Positions 13,908 to 28,229 are shown, counted from the first letter of the whole stretch. The stretch: 63,871 bases of DNA, filler included, from Choristocarpus tenellus KU-1152 (GCA_964200185.2; 7 parts of 7 records of this genome joined end to end with filler, not necessarily neighbours in it), one strand, 5' to 3'. Notes: generated by a model from the sequence alone, not told the origin. Translations and numbers: made by a program.

Positions 13908-15233
13908 TTGTAACAGTATACTGGTTGTTAAGCTCCAGTGTATTGTATAGCACATTGGTACAAACACCAGCCTCTCAACCTCTGGGGGCAAGCAACAGCA
14001 TAAGAACTTGGCTTTCTCGCACTACCTCCTCTTCAACAAAACTACTTCAAAGGTACCTGGACTAGTTTTATACAATAATAGCCCAGGTTTGTTATAGATG
14101 GTTGCAAGATGTATTCAATTTACCAAGGATCGATTGGATGTAGAGGTCCATGAGAGCAAACGTATCTACAGTTTGATGTGCCAGTAGCCCCTAGGTCTGA
14201 CCCTTGACATCAGCAAGTGGTGTCCATGGCACTCAGCCCCATGTTGTTGATGTTCTCCAAGAACCCCATAAACCTCCCTAGCTTCAACTACAGGTTCAGG
14301 TGTGGAGGATACTCGATGTCACAAACAAATATTGCAGCCAAATGCTGGACCTTTTTAGTATTTAGTTGCTCAAGCTAGAAGTAACAATGTTTCAGGTAGC
14401 ACAGAACAGGAGCCTGAAGCCTGAACTTAGGGGGAAGGGGGTGGCCCTAAAACAAAAGATGAACGTCACTATCCAGTTGGCAGCAATCATGTGCCATGAG
14501 CGGTAAATGGTCCCATACATCACGAATACCTTGCCAAATCAAGAGCAGAAGAAGACCAACCCATATCTCCGAGTATCCGTTTCGTTGTTCTTGGGAGAAG
14601 GCATGAATTAGCGAGAAAACGACCTTTTTTTTACCTATACATCATTGAGAATCATGCCGACTGATTCTCAGTGCTCATAATACACACACTATCTGACTTT
14701 GTAACCTAAAGCCCTCATTCTAGATTTTTCCCCCTGGAATTTCTTATGCTTCTTATCCAAAGCAAAGCCTCCCTTACCGCACTTTGTAGGACTACATAGA
14801 CCATTAGACCTCGCTCAGTTACTTGAGCTGTACAAAAAGGATACGGCTAAGCCTTATCTTGCCTATACTTCAACACAGTTTAGGATGACACGATTTTGTC
14901 GCAGGCGAGTAAAGCACTATTTCGAATCTGTTATGATTGAATGTATGATAGGGAGGCGAGGGACTATTTTGCCTGTGTGAATCGTATTAATTTGGTTAGA
15001 GGGTGAACTAGTAGACGAATGCATGTTGGTTTCATGGAAAAACCAAGTGCAGCGCTCATATTTTCTTGCCATGACAGTGATATAATGCACAAGTATCAGT
15101 GCTGCCAATGGTGCAATGTACTAAAAGCAGTAGAGGCGATGAGATGTGTATGTGTATATATTCATGGATCTCCATTACAAGTATAGTGTATTTGAAGTTT
15201 AGTAGTATGCATTCCTACACCGCAGGTAAGATT

Positions 15234-15305
15234 GGCTTCGTGGTATAATGGTTAGCATTCGCCCCTGTCACGGGCGAGATCCGGGTTCGATTTCCGGCGA
15301 GGTCG
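15234..15305 (+). tRNA. tRNA-Asp(GTC): tRNA-Asp (anticodon GTC)
   Basis: Full cloverleaf: acceptor GGCTTCG/CGAGGTC, D-arm TGGTATAATGGTTAGCA, anticodon arm CGCCC-CTGTCAC-GGGCG, T-arm CCGGG-TTCGATT-TCCGG, followed by a TTTT Pol III terminator. Confidence 0.95.
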
Positions 15306-15435
15306 TTTTACAATCTTGTTGGATTCTTACCAATATCATACCCAAACCCCACTGAGTAAGAAGTAACTGTCCTCTTTTTATTTTATTTTTCAATAGAACC
15401 TGGCACAATATTGTATGTTGTTTACAACCAGGAGT

Positions 15436-15696
15436 GAGCCGAAGTACACGAGAGGTACTCAGGTCTTAGCCGTTTCATATTTTAAGGCACCTTTTCCATC
15501 TTTGTTATTCACCAGTATTTCTATCAATGAAGCGCCAAGATTTAACTCAATAGGATTGATTTCTCTTTTGTTTAAAAAATTTAGACAGAGCTCAGAAAAG
15601 GTTCCTTTACACCTTGTACAAAAAGTCCAATTCTACGTGTGTTTGTCGGCATCCTTAGAATGCCACCCTGGGTACCCCTCTCATTTAACTTGACTC
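15436..15696. mobile_element. MITE family B copy
   Basis: Termini GAGCCGAAGTACACGAGAGGTAC ... GGTACCCCTCTCATTTAACTTGACTC. Homologous along its length to 55520-55786. Confidence 0.75.
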
Positions 15697-16249
15697 GGTT
15701 GCTCAAGTGACCTAGGTGGGCGCTGAGCCACCATGTTCATAGACATCATGCCGAACCTTAAAGTGATCCTATGAGGACATTAATTGAGCCATTTAACACT
15801 CTTTAGCTCAGCACATGATGCAGAGATGTTACCTAAGGAAATATTATGGACAACACACTCAGACCCATGGTGAAAGCACAATAATAGTGAGAGTGTGTTG
15901 GTATGACTTATGGTTGTGCTGTATGTAGAGCTAGCTCCAATGCACTGCCCGGTTTGAGTCCTGTTGCCAATAATAACGGATAGCAATAATACAATATGTA
16001 CTCTTTATGTATCATTTGCTTCTACCAGTAGTATTTGTGACCAGTGCTACTACTATTTTATTTTTTTGCTACCTCCGTACCATAAGTCTGTTCCGCGTTG
16101 TCCGTAACTTCTGAAGATGTTGATAAAATTCATTTCTGAAAGAAGATTTGGAATCCTTGACGAATTTCTGGTTAGATTCAGCTCTTTTATTGTTATTACT
16201 CCCCACCCATCGCAATTTTATCGGCCACAGAAAAAGCCTCAATGTCTAC

Positions 16250-17250
16250 CTTTAGCATGTTTCTAAGGTCACCAGACAAGTGCCTCTTCCTTACCCTTGT
16301 GTGCTCCACACTGAAGTCATTCCCCCGTTTTTATGTAAGTACTTGATTGTACACCACAAAAAGGAGCTGCCAAGCCCTCTCAAGTGTGGTTTCATCATAC
16401 TCCTCATACTATTTCTTAATTACCTTCACCATCTCCTCAACCGACCAAAACAGCTCTGCCATCACCCAGCATTTCAAAGATCTGAAGAAGCACAGGCTCA
16501 TGATATTGAGGGGGAGTTAGATGGCTACGTCACAAGCCTAGTCGACCACCCCTCAGTCTTCCCTGCCCCTGAAAAAAAATCTGAGTTGCCCTTGCCCGTG
16601 TGGGGGATGGCACCGTCTTGCTGAACGAAAACGTGCTTCCCCTGCAACCAAGACATCTTGATCTTGATTGCAGGCAGTAACTCCTCCGTGTACCACTTCC
16701 TGTACCACAAATGGTCTAAAGTACAGTTTTGCTCATACACATCCCCCTTTGTATGGTTCTTGCTTGTCCTGTCTGCCGTCTTTGGCGCACGCACAGGCCA
16801 AACACCAAGCTTCTATTCAAGCTGTGAGCCGAATCTGGGCGGGGGCATTGGCTGCAATGATCATGGTTTGGGGGATATGAATCTTACGCTGCACAGTGTG
16901 GAAATACCCCAACCCTTTCCCCATCAGCCATCATGTAAAACCAGGTTTCTGGTCCACTTGATCGCAAACAAAGTCCATTCTCCATGCCTTTTGCCACAAT
17001 TTAAGCTTGGGTTTGATCCAGCGGCGATTCGGCATGGCCCCCATATCATCCAACCACCTATTTATGGTGCTCGTGCTATAGTTCAGCCCCTTGGCGGCCA
17101 TCTTCATTGTCACCTGACGTACTTGGATGACCGATTATTGTAGTTAATCCTTGATCCCCACCTTTTCCGAAAGCTGAGATTGTCAACCCGATTTCATTCT
17201 GTGGGGTTATCCTCCGATTCGGGGTCGTGCTCGCTCGGCGAGTCCATATG
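16250..17250 (-). mobile_element. Tc1/mariner (IS630-Tc1-mariner) transposase pseudogene
   Basis: Frameshifted fragments STINRWL...IKPKL...RMDFV and WYTEELLPAIKIKMSWLQGKHVFVQQDGAIPHTG...VT*PSNSP match the QQDGA/QDNA-x-PH and QPPNSPDLN motifs of mariner-type DDD transposases. Boundaries are approximate. Confidence 0.75.
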
Positions 17251-17553
17251 TTTTGCTGCATAAACTTGTGGCACAGAGGTACTATCATTATTATATTTCC
17301 TCTCTTGGTACAGTATACAATAACATGCTGGTAGTTGCTGCTACAGAAACAACACTGTACCTAAGAAGAGTGAGTGGGGATATGGATTGGTTTGCCTTGG
17401 AGTTAGTTATCCTTCCTGTGTTTGTCTACTACTCAACCAGAAAAAAGAAGAACAGCAAAATGTGCCCTAAAATGGTAAGTTAGGCAGGGACACTACGATG
17501 AGAAGAAATGGCCTCAGGAAAAGGACCAGCAAAACTCAACAACTAGGTACACC

Positions 17554-17587
<34 letters not shown>

Positions 17588-18797
17588 CTACTACTATCAG
17601 TCCATTTTTTTTCTAAGTGCTACTTACGTTGCAGTAAGTTCAGTTGACAGTCTCCAGATCACATGCATTCATCGCATCACAACAGAGAGATAGACTGCAA
17701 TCCCCAACCCTCCCATCGCCTTTGACAGCAACACCACCTCATTGTGCCTGGCCTTCGTACCCTAGTCCATCACACGTAGCGTCAGCAGCAGTGCTGATGA
17801 AAGTCTAGATGCAAGCTAATTTAAACCTTACAAGTCGGAGAAGGGGGAAAGAGAAGTCTAACAAAGAGAACTATTGTACTGAAGAAGGTGCTACTTTTAG
17901 TCAACAAGAAGCGAATTTACACAGATTCAAAGTAAACGAGAGGAACGCAGAGTTCCATTCGAGAATGTTGATAAATATGCACAAAATTGGTATTTTTTTA
18001 TTAGTCTAAGATACTTTCTGAATTGTGTCGAATTGTTTCGAACAACAGAGAAATCAACGCTCTTAAGCCAAATTTAGGAGCTCCATCCATAGAAATATTG
18101 CAAAAGATTAAGACATTGTCTTAAAATGCAAAAACAGTCAAAACCTGGGTACCTCTCGTTTACTTTGACTCACAAGTATGTAGGGTGTGGAGCACAGTTA
18201 GTAGATAGATACACTTGATCGATTACTACTAGAGCTCTAACATACATATATATATATACATGTATTCCGTACAGCATTTGAAAAAATCATTTTGTTGTAC
18301 TTGAGATCATATTGGAGTATCCTGTCTCTGTGACATCAAAGATAGGAAACAGAGTGTGTGGTACCACCTAGATCCCGAGTCTCTTATTCCCTCACTCCCA
18401 CTATGCACCATCCACTACTACCTAGAAAGGGTTACACATCTTTGTTCCTAAGTTATGACAAGATTAATGTATGAAGGGAACGTGGTACAGAAATCAATGA
18501 TCACACATAAAGAATAGGCTCTGATCGTGCATATTACATTGAATACAGAATAAAGTATATAGGATGGTGGAATGCATTAGCCCTACACGTTCTCCCAGCA
18601 TCTCAGTCCTGGAGTAAGTTCTCCTTGGCGATGATGTGATTGGCCAATACATCATGTACCACTTTGAAATACCCTCTCCCCTAAAAAAATGTGTACACCT
18701 ATACCAACATATTTGGGTGGTAGTGTTACAGGCGCCCCTCAATGCTCACCTTCCAGGATGTACAACTCAAATCCAACGACCTTAAAACGATGCTATG

Positions 18798-18897
18798 NNN
18801 NNNNNNNNNNNNNNNNNNNNNNNNNNNNNNNNNNNNNNNNNTTAATTAATTAANNNNNNNNNNNNNNNNNNNNNNNNNNNNNNNNNNNNNNNNNNNN
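18798..18897. other. artificial contig linker
   Basis: Same 100-bp linker. Confidence 0.97.
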
Positions 18898-19056
18898 TAA
18901 GACTTGTACCTGATAAAGAACAGTCTTACTGTCTGCAATACATATATATATGTAAGACTTGTACCTGATAAAGAACAGTCTTACTGTCTGCAATACATAT
19001 ATATATATATGTAAGATTTGTACCTGATAAAGAACAGTCTTACTGTCTGCAGTACA
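18898..19056. repeat. tandem repeat, about 55-bp unit x3 with (AT)n
   Basis: TAAGACTTGTACCTGATAAAGAACAGTCTTACTGTCTGCA repeated three times. Confidence 0.85.
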
Positions 19057-19762
19057 AGTCCTACCTTCACAGGGACCTCGGGACAGTTAAATCGGACACG
19101 AAACAGACTACTCCCAATGATGTAACTGTCAAGTGTAAACAACAGTACCTACCAATACCTATCAATACCTATCAATACCTTCCTTGACTATATGCACAGG
19201 GCGAAGGGGCCTCAAAAAAGAACCAAAAAGAAAGCTCTAGCATCAACCAATCCGATTGATGCTCACTTCACTTGGATGAAAGGTGGAAGGCCTACACTTT
19301 CCCCTCACACCCTAAATCAACATGAGACCCAAAGGGACACCTATCCAATCTTGTATTCAAATATTTCCTGGATAGAAATACACCTGGTCAAATTCAGTGT
19401 AACAATTTTCACAGACCCCAATTCTTGTCACCACCATACAACCTCGTAAGTCTTGTACTACAAAAGACCTCAAGAGGCACCATAGAATCGGCCACAGGGC
19501 CACAGTAGCCAATTCATGTGTGTGTGTGTGTGTGCGTGTATCTTACAGAGTTTGGTAGGGCTATACATACAAGCGGTTACATGGTCCGACCTTGAAAATC
19601 TGAAATTTTGTTCCGAATCGTGTAAAAAGAAAAAGAAAAAGAAATTGATGTCAGCAAGATAGTGACAAAAGTGGTTCAGAAATTAAAAAAAAGAAAACAA
19701 AACTTAACAAAAGAAAAATAAAATAATACAAACAAGATTACCTACCATGTCAACATATTGCA

Positions 19763-19882
19763 GTCATCACCTACATGGATATTGGTCATCACCTACATGA
19801 ATATTGGTCATCACATACATGGATATTGGTCACCACATACATGGATATTGGTCACCACCTACACACCTACATAGATATTGCT
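19763..19882. repeat. minisatellite, about 22-bp unit
   Basis: GGTCATCACCTACATGGATATT variants, about 5 copies. Confidence 0.85.
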
Positions 19883-20448
19883 CACGACTCTGGTGGAACT
19901 GAGCTGGTGTAATAGCTCTTCTTGCATACCATACCCTCAGACCCTCAATGGTACTGCAATAATTTATTTTTAACTATTCTAATAGTATGTACAACACCAA
20001 TGTGTCAATAAAAAATAATGAAACTGATGATTAATAGACCAAATCAGAGATTAATAGATTGGAGTGGTTTTACAAGTTACACCAACATACATACACACAT
20101 ACATATATATATACATACATATATACATACATACATACACCAAGTGCATACAACACACAGTGCATGTTTACGTATGTATGAATACATATATATGTGTATA
20201 TGTGTATACAGGCCGTAAGAATTAAAAATTCAAATGCAAGTATAAAATAAAGTACAAACAAGAATAATAAGTACATACACATAAGAATTAAAAATTCAAA
20301 TGAAAGAATAATATACAAGACAAACAAGAAGAGTAAGTAAGTAACATAGGAATTAAAAATTCAAATGAAACTATAATAAACAAGCAAGTATATACAGAGT
20401 TCTACACAAAGTATTCAAAAAATAATCCAACAAAATAAAAAAAGGTAC

Positions 20449-22739
20449 CTTGAGCAGCATGGTCCCTGTCCTGGGGTCGATGATGGCAGTATGGGGTAGC
20501 AATTCTCCTACCAGCTGATACATGTTAATGTAATCCCTGTATGTTCAGAGCGATATACAGGGGCATTGTACCCACCAAGCGATACAAACAAGCTAAGATT
20601 ATTAACTAACACTTCAAGGCATCACACCAAGCAATGATTAAATTTGCTGACTTTTTATTGAGCACTACTTTGCTGCATTGGAGGAGACTCAAAGCATGTA
20701 AGAGGGTAGGAGTTTAGTCCTGTTTGTCCCTTCAGGGCTTGGCTTCCCACGGGTTGTTTTTTATGCCCTTTTTCAGCTTTCTATTCGAACACAGTTACCC
20801 TAACCCTAAAATGTATACAACTATGAAAGGTGTGTGTAGAACAAGGATATTGACACTTGTGATAACAAACATAGTAACAAAAATTAGGTCAAAATCACAA
20901 CATTGGACTTTGGACCCCCAAACGGAGGCGGCCCTACCCCCTCTGAAATGCTTTGACTCAGAGGTTCTACACCATCAAGCACAAAATATATATGTTCAGA
21001 TTACTATTTTTTTTCAAGTACTGTTGAGTTGTTATTCTGGGCGAAATACCAAAAGTTAAATCGCATTAACTATTATTTCGAGGTATTCTTGCCACCAAGA
21101 AGCTGTCTCTACACTTCAAAGGACACGATCTAGCACACAAGAGAGACTTCACCACCTTGTCGGAACTAGCAATCCATGCTCAAAACAGCCACCACCGAGA
21201 TATTAAACCATCCATTTAAAAAAAAAACGATAAAAAATATTAGACCATTAATATTAAACATAACACACTACAAAACCTAGTGAAAGGTTTAGTCAAAATG
21301 CTAACATATGCTTTAATCAAGGTATCATACAAACAAAGGCAAGTCTAATACACCAATAAATGGAAAAAGTAGAAAAAGCAGCGTCTCACCGCCCGGGTGG
21401 GGATGTCTTATTCCTCTGCCAGAAGATGAAGTTTCCTCTCAGAAGGGTTTGGATGGTGTCATTAGACCACACATCCCTGTTAAGTCTGTGACTAGCCCAC
21501 TCTCGGTGGTCCTGAAAAAAAAATACGATTGGTGATATTAATAGTAATAAATAATACCATACCATTAGTGGTGCAAATAAAAGTATGTCATACAATTAGT
21601 AATAATAATATATAATACCATACCATTAGTGATGCAAATAATAATATGGAAGACCATACAATTAGTAGTAATGTTAATAATAATATATAACAATACCATA
21701 CAATTAGCGATACTACTAATAATATATAATAATACCATACCATTAGTGATGCAAATAATAATATGTAAGACCATACAATTAGTAGTAATGTTAATAATAA
21801 TATATAATACCATACCATTAGTGATATTAATAATAATACATAATAATACCATACCATTAGTGATATTAATAAAAATGCATAATAATACATAATAATACCA
21901 TACAACTGTATCAATAATAATAAACTACAAAAAAATTAATAAAGATGCGTCCAGTCCCTACAGAGTACAGAGTACAGAGTTGTGCTACCAATAAAACATG
22001 CAACCAGGATAACTTTTACACATTTAAATATTGTCAAGATTATGCTCGACCATCTGTGAGAATTATATTCGAAGTTACATTTTATGTACATACAGATGAT
22101 GATGGGGGACATCAAAGATATTTAGGGTTAGGGTATTTGACCAGCAGCAATTGGTGGAATGTGATAAGAGTCGGAGTATTTCTGACGTGTGCTAGGGAAC
22201 TGTTGAGTCATCTGGTATTCTGAGTCGTTTACTGTAAGGCCTGGTAAGGCCCATCTAGTGATGGTGTCTCACTCTCTCTTCTCAACTGTGATACAAGATA
22301 ATAAAAAATAATATAACTAGTTGTGTCGGACAAAAGATCAAGGACAGCTTAACAAATATATATATAGTAAATAAGACATTAATACATATATAGTAAACAA
22401 GACATTCCAAACCCTCCCTTCTATTGTAAGAACAAATACACTGCGGTAATGTACAGCAATGTACTAAAACAAGTTAATAATAACACAAGCAAGCCAAACT
22501 TGTACTATACTATAGGTAACATCAATAGTATCCACAAAAAACAGCGACCTTCTTTTTCAGTACCTCAATTCATTCCTTATTTCTTATTTTAAAAAATGAC
22601 AAGAAAAAATAATAAAAAGTACAAACGAAACGCAAGTACTTCTAGTTGAAAACCAAAGGCAAATTAAATAATAAATAAACGCAAACAAGGACATTTTCAC
22701 TCCAAAAGAACAAACACACACACATACACACATACACAC

Positions 22740-22778
<39 letters not shown>

Positions 22779-24925
22779 GCACTTCTTACTCAAGTTGTTC
22801 CAAATACCTTCAACTGATCGAATCTCTCAATCACTGGTGAATGAATAGCAAAAGGCAAACAGAAACACCTGTGCCTGAGAGCATGTACTGCTTCTTCTCC
22901 TCACACCAAGACACCGTGTAATTAAAAAACACAAAAACGCCTTGTGTGGTAATACAAAATGTTTAGCGGTGGGAGAAGCATCCACCCCCGCCAGTGTGGG
23001 CACCAGAGTGATAGGCTAACACTCCAAAACGCAGTAACAACCCCTAACCCCTAACCCTGCCATCATTTAGGTTGAGGAGCAACAACAGGTGTAGTGGTAT
23101 CGACTTGGTAGACTTATCATACCACACTACAGTAGTGTAAGCTCAGTACAGCAACAACAACCTTCTCTGTTTGTTGCAAGGGGTGCTAAACAGGTCTCAG
23201 GTACAAGTACTGGCGAAGTCCTCAGGTACAGGTATGAGATGAAGGTATAGGAATAGGAGTAGGCACAGGTACACACCACAAGCAAGACACAGAACAGGTC
23301 TCAGGTACAGGTACGAGATGAAGATACAGGGATAGGAAAAGGTATAGAGACAGGTACACGTAGCATGTAAGACACAAAACAGGACTCAAGTACAGGTACA
23401 GGAAGTGGATAGGTACAGGTACACACCACAAGCAACATACAAAACATGTCTCCAGTACAGGTCTTAGGTAGAGGTACAGAAATATACACTAGGTACAGGT
23501 ACAGGTACAGGTACAGGTACAGGTACAGGCACAGGCACAGGTACAGGCACAGGTACAGGTACAGATATATATACAGATACAGGTACACACCTGAATGTTG
23601 ACCATCAACCACTTTTTCTGCTCTTTACACAGTTGCTTGGTATCCGCAAACCCAGAGGGAAATGAGAGGCCCTGATTGCGATAAGTTGGATGCGATCCAG
23701 TCCAAAAAAATCAGTTCACACAATCAACACAGAATTACCGAGCACGTTAACGAACACATCGGTTCGGAGATGTTCAGTGAGCCAAGTGGTTTCCACAAAC
23801 ACCTCAGGCGCTTTCCGTTGAACTAACAACTGCATTAGTGTGTGTTGAATAAAAAAATCATACTCAAAATTAATCACCCACTTTTGATTTTAGAGAGAGA
23901 GAGAGAGAGAGAGAGAGAGCATTGCTGGTCATTCCTAAAATATATACATATATACTCAAGTACATCAAAGATAAGTTTAGGGTTATAACTCATGGCAAGG
24001 TAAAAGACCACTATTTACACCATTCACAGTAAACGCCACTCGTTCATACAACTCCGCCGCGAACGGCTCTTTTTCGCATAGAAATCATATTTTTTTTATA
24101 TATATATATATTTTTTCAGTATAAAGTCCGCATTGAGAGAGCACCAATCCCTGTTTAAAATGATGACAATTTATACATGAAAACCATCACCAAAAAAAAA
24201 CAAAACAAATGCAATGGTAAAACAGCAAGCATCAGCATCCATCGGACTGCAACCGCTGTAAGTAAATAAATAGTAAATAATAAAGAAAAAGGAAAAAAAA
24301 GAAAAAAGAAAAAAGAGAAAAAAGAGAAAAAAAAATCAAATCAACACCACCGTTTCTGAAAAGAGTATATAGATACGTAGAGCTGATCAACCAACCAACC
24401 AACAACAATAATAATAATAATAATAACAACAACAATGACGACAAACGATCAAGGGAGGAGTTAAAATCTCTCTCTCTCTGTTCATTAAAAAAAATCAACA
24501 CTCTTCTCCTGCAAGGCAAACAAATAAATAATATATAATATATCGTTCTTTCCACGCCGTTACCACTCCCCGTGTTTGAGAACCACCCCCACCCCCTCCC
24601 CCTTGGCCCCCCTCTCCCTGTCACCCAATGATGTATCTGTTCTTCATTTTGCCTCCAACGCCTCCATATTGCACTGTTCCCTACACGCCTCCCAAGTTAA
24701 GAAGCAATTGCTTTCAGCGTGCATTGCATCACTCATCATCAAAACCCCTCCTAGAAAACAACGGGTCAGTTATCCCACCCTATTGGAGAACAACATCTGC
24801 CGTGCAGAGTCAACTCCACCACTACACAAATCAAATGGTCGTTCCCTGCATATGTCCCTCCCCCAAGGGACAGATATTTGGTATGGTGCTGAGAACAACA
24901 CAAACACATCTATGACATTGAAAAA

Positions 24926-24963
<38 letters not shown>

Positions 24964-27446
24964 CTTTTAATTCGATTTTTATTTTTTGGGGGGGGTGGGG
25001 GGGGAAACAATTATGTCCACATACATACATCACACTCAGCATGTGTCACTATCTTAAAACCTGTTCTCAAAAGACACAAAAATTAATCCTCCACCATCCA
25101 CGCACCTCCAGAGGTTTGAATATCCAGTCCACATCGTCGCTTTCCTCTATCGTAGACTCGCCCAAATCAACGAAATCACCTGAGACAAATCTCCTTCCTC
25201 CTATGGGAAGAAGGCTTCCCGGACCCCCAATAAGCCTATCCCTCATACTAGGGATGGGTGCTCGCACCCCATCCTCGCTAAATCCACCTGGGTATGCATC
25301 TCCCTCCGCTGCTCCTGTTGCCCCCTGATGCCCCCCACCACCACCACCCCCTCCCCCCCGCCCCCCGCCCCCTCCCGGGAATGCCTCTGGACTGAGTGGA
25401 CCCCCTCCCCTACTCTGCCTGGCATTGGGAGGGGCACGTCCTCCACTGCGAGGGTTCCCTCGCGTCCTGCCTGAGCCGTGAGGACCAATCTGTTGGGGCA
25501 GACCATCAACGATGCCCTACAGGAAGTATAAACAGTTGTTTTGTGGGCAGGAGGGCGAGCGCGACGGATGTGGACATGACTTTCAATTCCACTCTTTCAC
25601 GCTATTGATATAGGTACTCTATTTTAACGTCCTCAACAGGGCAATACCCTTTCCTTTCTCTTCCTCCTTGTTTCTCGCAGGACCCCATGCGAAATTCTTT
25701 TTATTGGGTCTTTTTCTCAGATTTCCAATGGTACACTACGGCAGAGGAATAGGGTATCATAGGCTTTGAAGCTAGCAAGGGAGCACCCAAGACACACATG
25801 CTACTTCCTGTAAAGCCCGTCTTCTCAACCCTCACCCCTAACCTTAGACACCGCTTGCACTGTTTGTGGGGACCTTTCTGACACTCTTGTGCCACTGACA
25901 TCGATAAAAAATATATCAACACACAAAGCCCCAACGAAATCAACTACTCTTCGGATTAGCAAAAGAGGAAAGATGGCGCTAGTGATGGGGATAACATTTC
26001 CACTGTTCACACAAGGCAAGCAAACACACCTTAGAGGAATCAAGAGCATTAGCATCACTATCACAATCTGACCTACATGGTTTAGTACGGGTGTCATCCC
26101 GAAAGGAGGCATTCTTCCTCCCATGGCATGTACATATCCACTAGCAGATTTACGGGCGAAAAAGCATCACAATCCCCTCGAAGTCATCTCTCCCCTCTCA
26201 GCAGCACAAAGCAAGTAAAAACACATCCACAGAGTAGGCGCTATCATTACAGCTTATGTATTTGACCTCATCCACACACAGCTCAGCTCAATCCCACCCC
26301 CTCCACTCCAATCTCGTAGGTTCCACAATATTGATGATACAAACATCCAACAGAGGATGCACAGGAAAAGAGTAAGGCGCACATAAAAACACAAAAAAAC
26401 ACACAAACCTGTCTTAGTGGTGTGCAGGTACGACCCCCATCTCACCTCAGCGCTGCTCGGGTATCCAAATCCCATTGCACGTTCACGTGTAGAGGATGGT
26501 GCTTCAGGAAAATTCCTCAAGCCAAGCCCAGGAGCAGAAACTCCATTTGCAATGTCCCTGCCCCTCCCGGCATGTCTCATGCGTGACCGATCCATGAGTG
26601 GAGGAGAGGAAGGAGTTGTGCGATTCCTCCTTGAAGCACTGGTGCCAGATGACTGCCCCCCTTGCCCGTGGGGGCTTCGGCCCATACCCCGCCCTCTAGC
26701 CTGTTCGCGGCTGGCGGCACTGGCACTGTTGCTGGCAGATTCCATGTACAGATTGAGGGCCATATCCAGGTTCCAGTCTGTAGCTGCCAGGAAGCGCACT
26801 GCTGTGACCTCATCCATCTGTGTGAAACTGATAAATGTATTTGTCTTATCTGAGTGATCGTCTGAGAGCCCTGCAGCCCCCACCGCTGCCCCCCCAGTCA
26901 TTACTGATTCATATCCTCGATCACAAGGACCAGCATCACCCACTGTTGCAGGTGATAATGAAGCCACTGTCCGAGTCTCCATGTCTCTGCGCTCTGCCTC
27001 GTCTCGGGGAGGGACAGTGTATGGGGTTGGGGGGGGAGGGGGTTGCAGTTGCTGCTGTACCTCCTCCATCAACTCTTCCCACCTGGCCTTGACAATAGTC
27101 ACCAAATCGGCCCTTTCTGTCACATCTTGACACTGCTCATAATGACAGTCAAAAAGATTTTTGTAGGTGTTCAAGAGTGGAATTATTAGTAGAGTGGTAG
27201 AATCTGATCAGGGTAGATAGGTACGCACAACATGTGCGGGTAGAAGGCAATAAAACAACTTGAGAGGTGATATCATGCCCTGGATCAATAAGAACAAGGA
27301 CGGGATGCTTTGGGAAAAGCGATCCCGCCGTGAACAAAACGACCAAGAGATGGAGGGGAGGAAGAGATACTTGCCGGCAATCCCATGTTCATCGCCATGC
27401 CCCTAATTTCCTCTGTGGACATCTGGTCCAACTCTGAGGTGTCCAT
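20449..27446 (-). CDS. UBXN7: UBXN7/PUX7-like protein (SAP-like N-terminus, UBA-like, UAS domain); 3' part (UBX) lost at contig end
   Basis: Exons 27446-27375, 27132-26446, 25516-25106, 23671-23591, 21511-21390 and 20536-20449 are all phase-consistent. Motifs: UBA-like TFISFTQMDEVTAVRFLAATDWNLDMALNLYM; DGVRAPIPSMRDRL; WIFKP; UAS KWLMVNIQDHREWASHRLNRDVWSNDTIQTLLRGNFIFWQ...PHTAIIDPRTG. Confidence 0.88.
20686..20959. mobile_element. MITE family A copy (degenerate, in UBXN7 intron)
   Basis: Internal homology to family A with eroded TIRs. Confidence 0.75.
21525..21922. repeat. AT-rich intronic minisatellite
   Basis: (TAATACCATAC[C/A]ATTAGT...) units of about 36-39 bp, with a higher-order duplication. 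Confidence 0.85.
23190..23588. repeat. (ACAGGT)n-based intronic satellite
   Basis: Repeated ACAGGT/ACAGGC and CAGGTCTCAGGTACAGGT units. Confidence 0.8.
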
Positions 27447-28229
27447 CCTACGTGCTCCAAGTCCCGCTTCTCCGAATTCAACTGCAAAGGGACCTGCCAA
27501 ATGTATCGGCGGATATGTTGCTTCAGATATCATCTCAGAAAATAGTTAGTTGTTCCAAGATTGTGCATGAAGGACATGTCTTCGAGACAGTCTACTCTTT
27601 AGGTAAAGACAAAAAAAGTGAAGAGGCGATCTACGCACAACTCCCATTCACACCACAACATGACCAGAAATGCCCACCTTACCCTCTCACAAACGCACAA
27701 AATACAATAGGAAACATTCAGTATACAGTGAATGATGTTTACGCAAAACCTCCTAACTATTCAATCCACAATCATCCTTAGAGAAATACGTTGTGTGACA
27801 GTGCACTAGCAGTACAGGCAAAAGTTGCCTTCACTCTAGTAATGCTGACTTGTGGATTTAGCTAGAAGCAAATCTTGGACTAAACAGAGACAATGTAACA
27901 ATCCACCCCCGATAAATTGAACCCAAACTTAAACCTCAAAACTGCGCCAGTTTGTTCCAGCAAGTGCCTGGCAATGCCAGCAAAGAAGGAGTAGTGAGTG
28001 TGCGAAATCCATGGCATGATGTCAAAAAGCAACCATATCCCACCGTGACTTATAACAAACCCCTGAAAAAATGCCATGAGGTGGTGTATCGTACATAGTT
28101 GTACACGATAAAATGATCCACAACCATGTAAAATTAATTCAAATTCAATCGACTGAGATAAGTTATATAAAAATTACAGGGGATATTAACGAACAGGGAG
28201 GGATGAGAAACCCGTTCCTGTTTCCGATA

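Noticed and set aside
18898-19056. Repeat-spacer pattern resembling CRISPR
   Set aside because: The spacers are only (AT)n, there are no cas genes, the context is eukaryotic, and it sits at a contig edge.
21525-21922. Regularly spaced TAATACCATACCATTAGT repeats and hydrophobic ORFs
   Set aside because: The intervening sequences are homologous to one another, so this is an intronic minisatellite. The ORFs are by-products.
26417-26857. 146-aa plus-strand ORF and other antisense ORFs (42152-43003, 6837-7100)
   Set aside because: These are shadows of GC-rich coding exons on the opposite strand.
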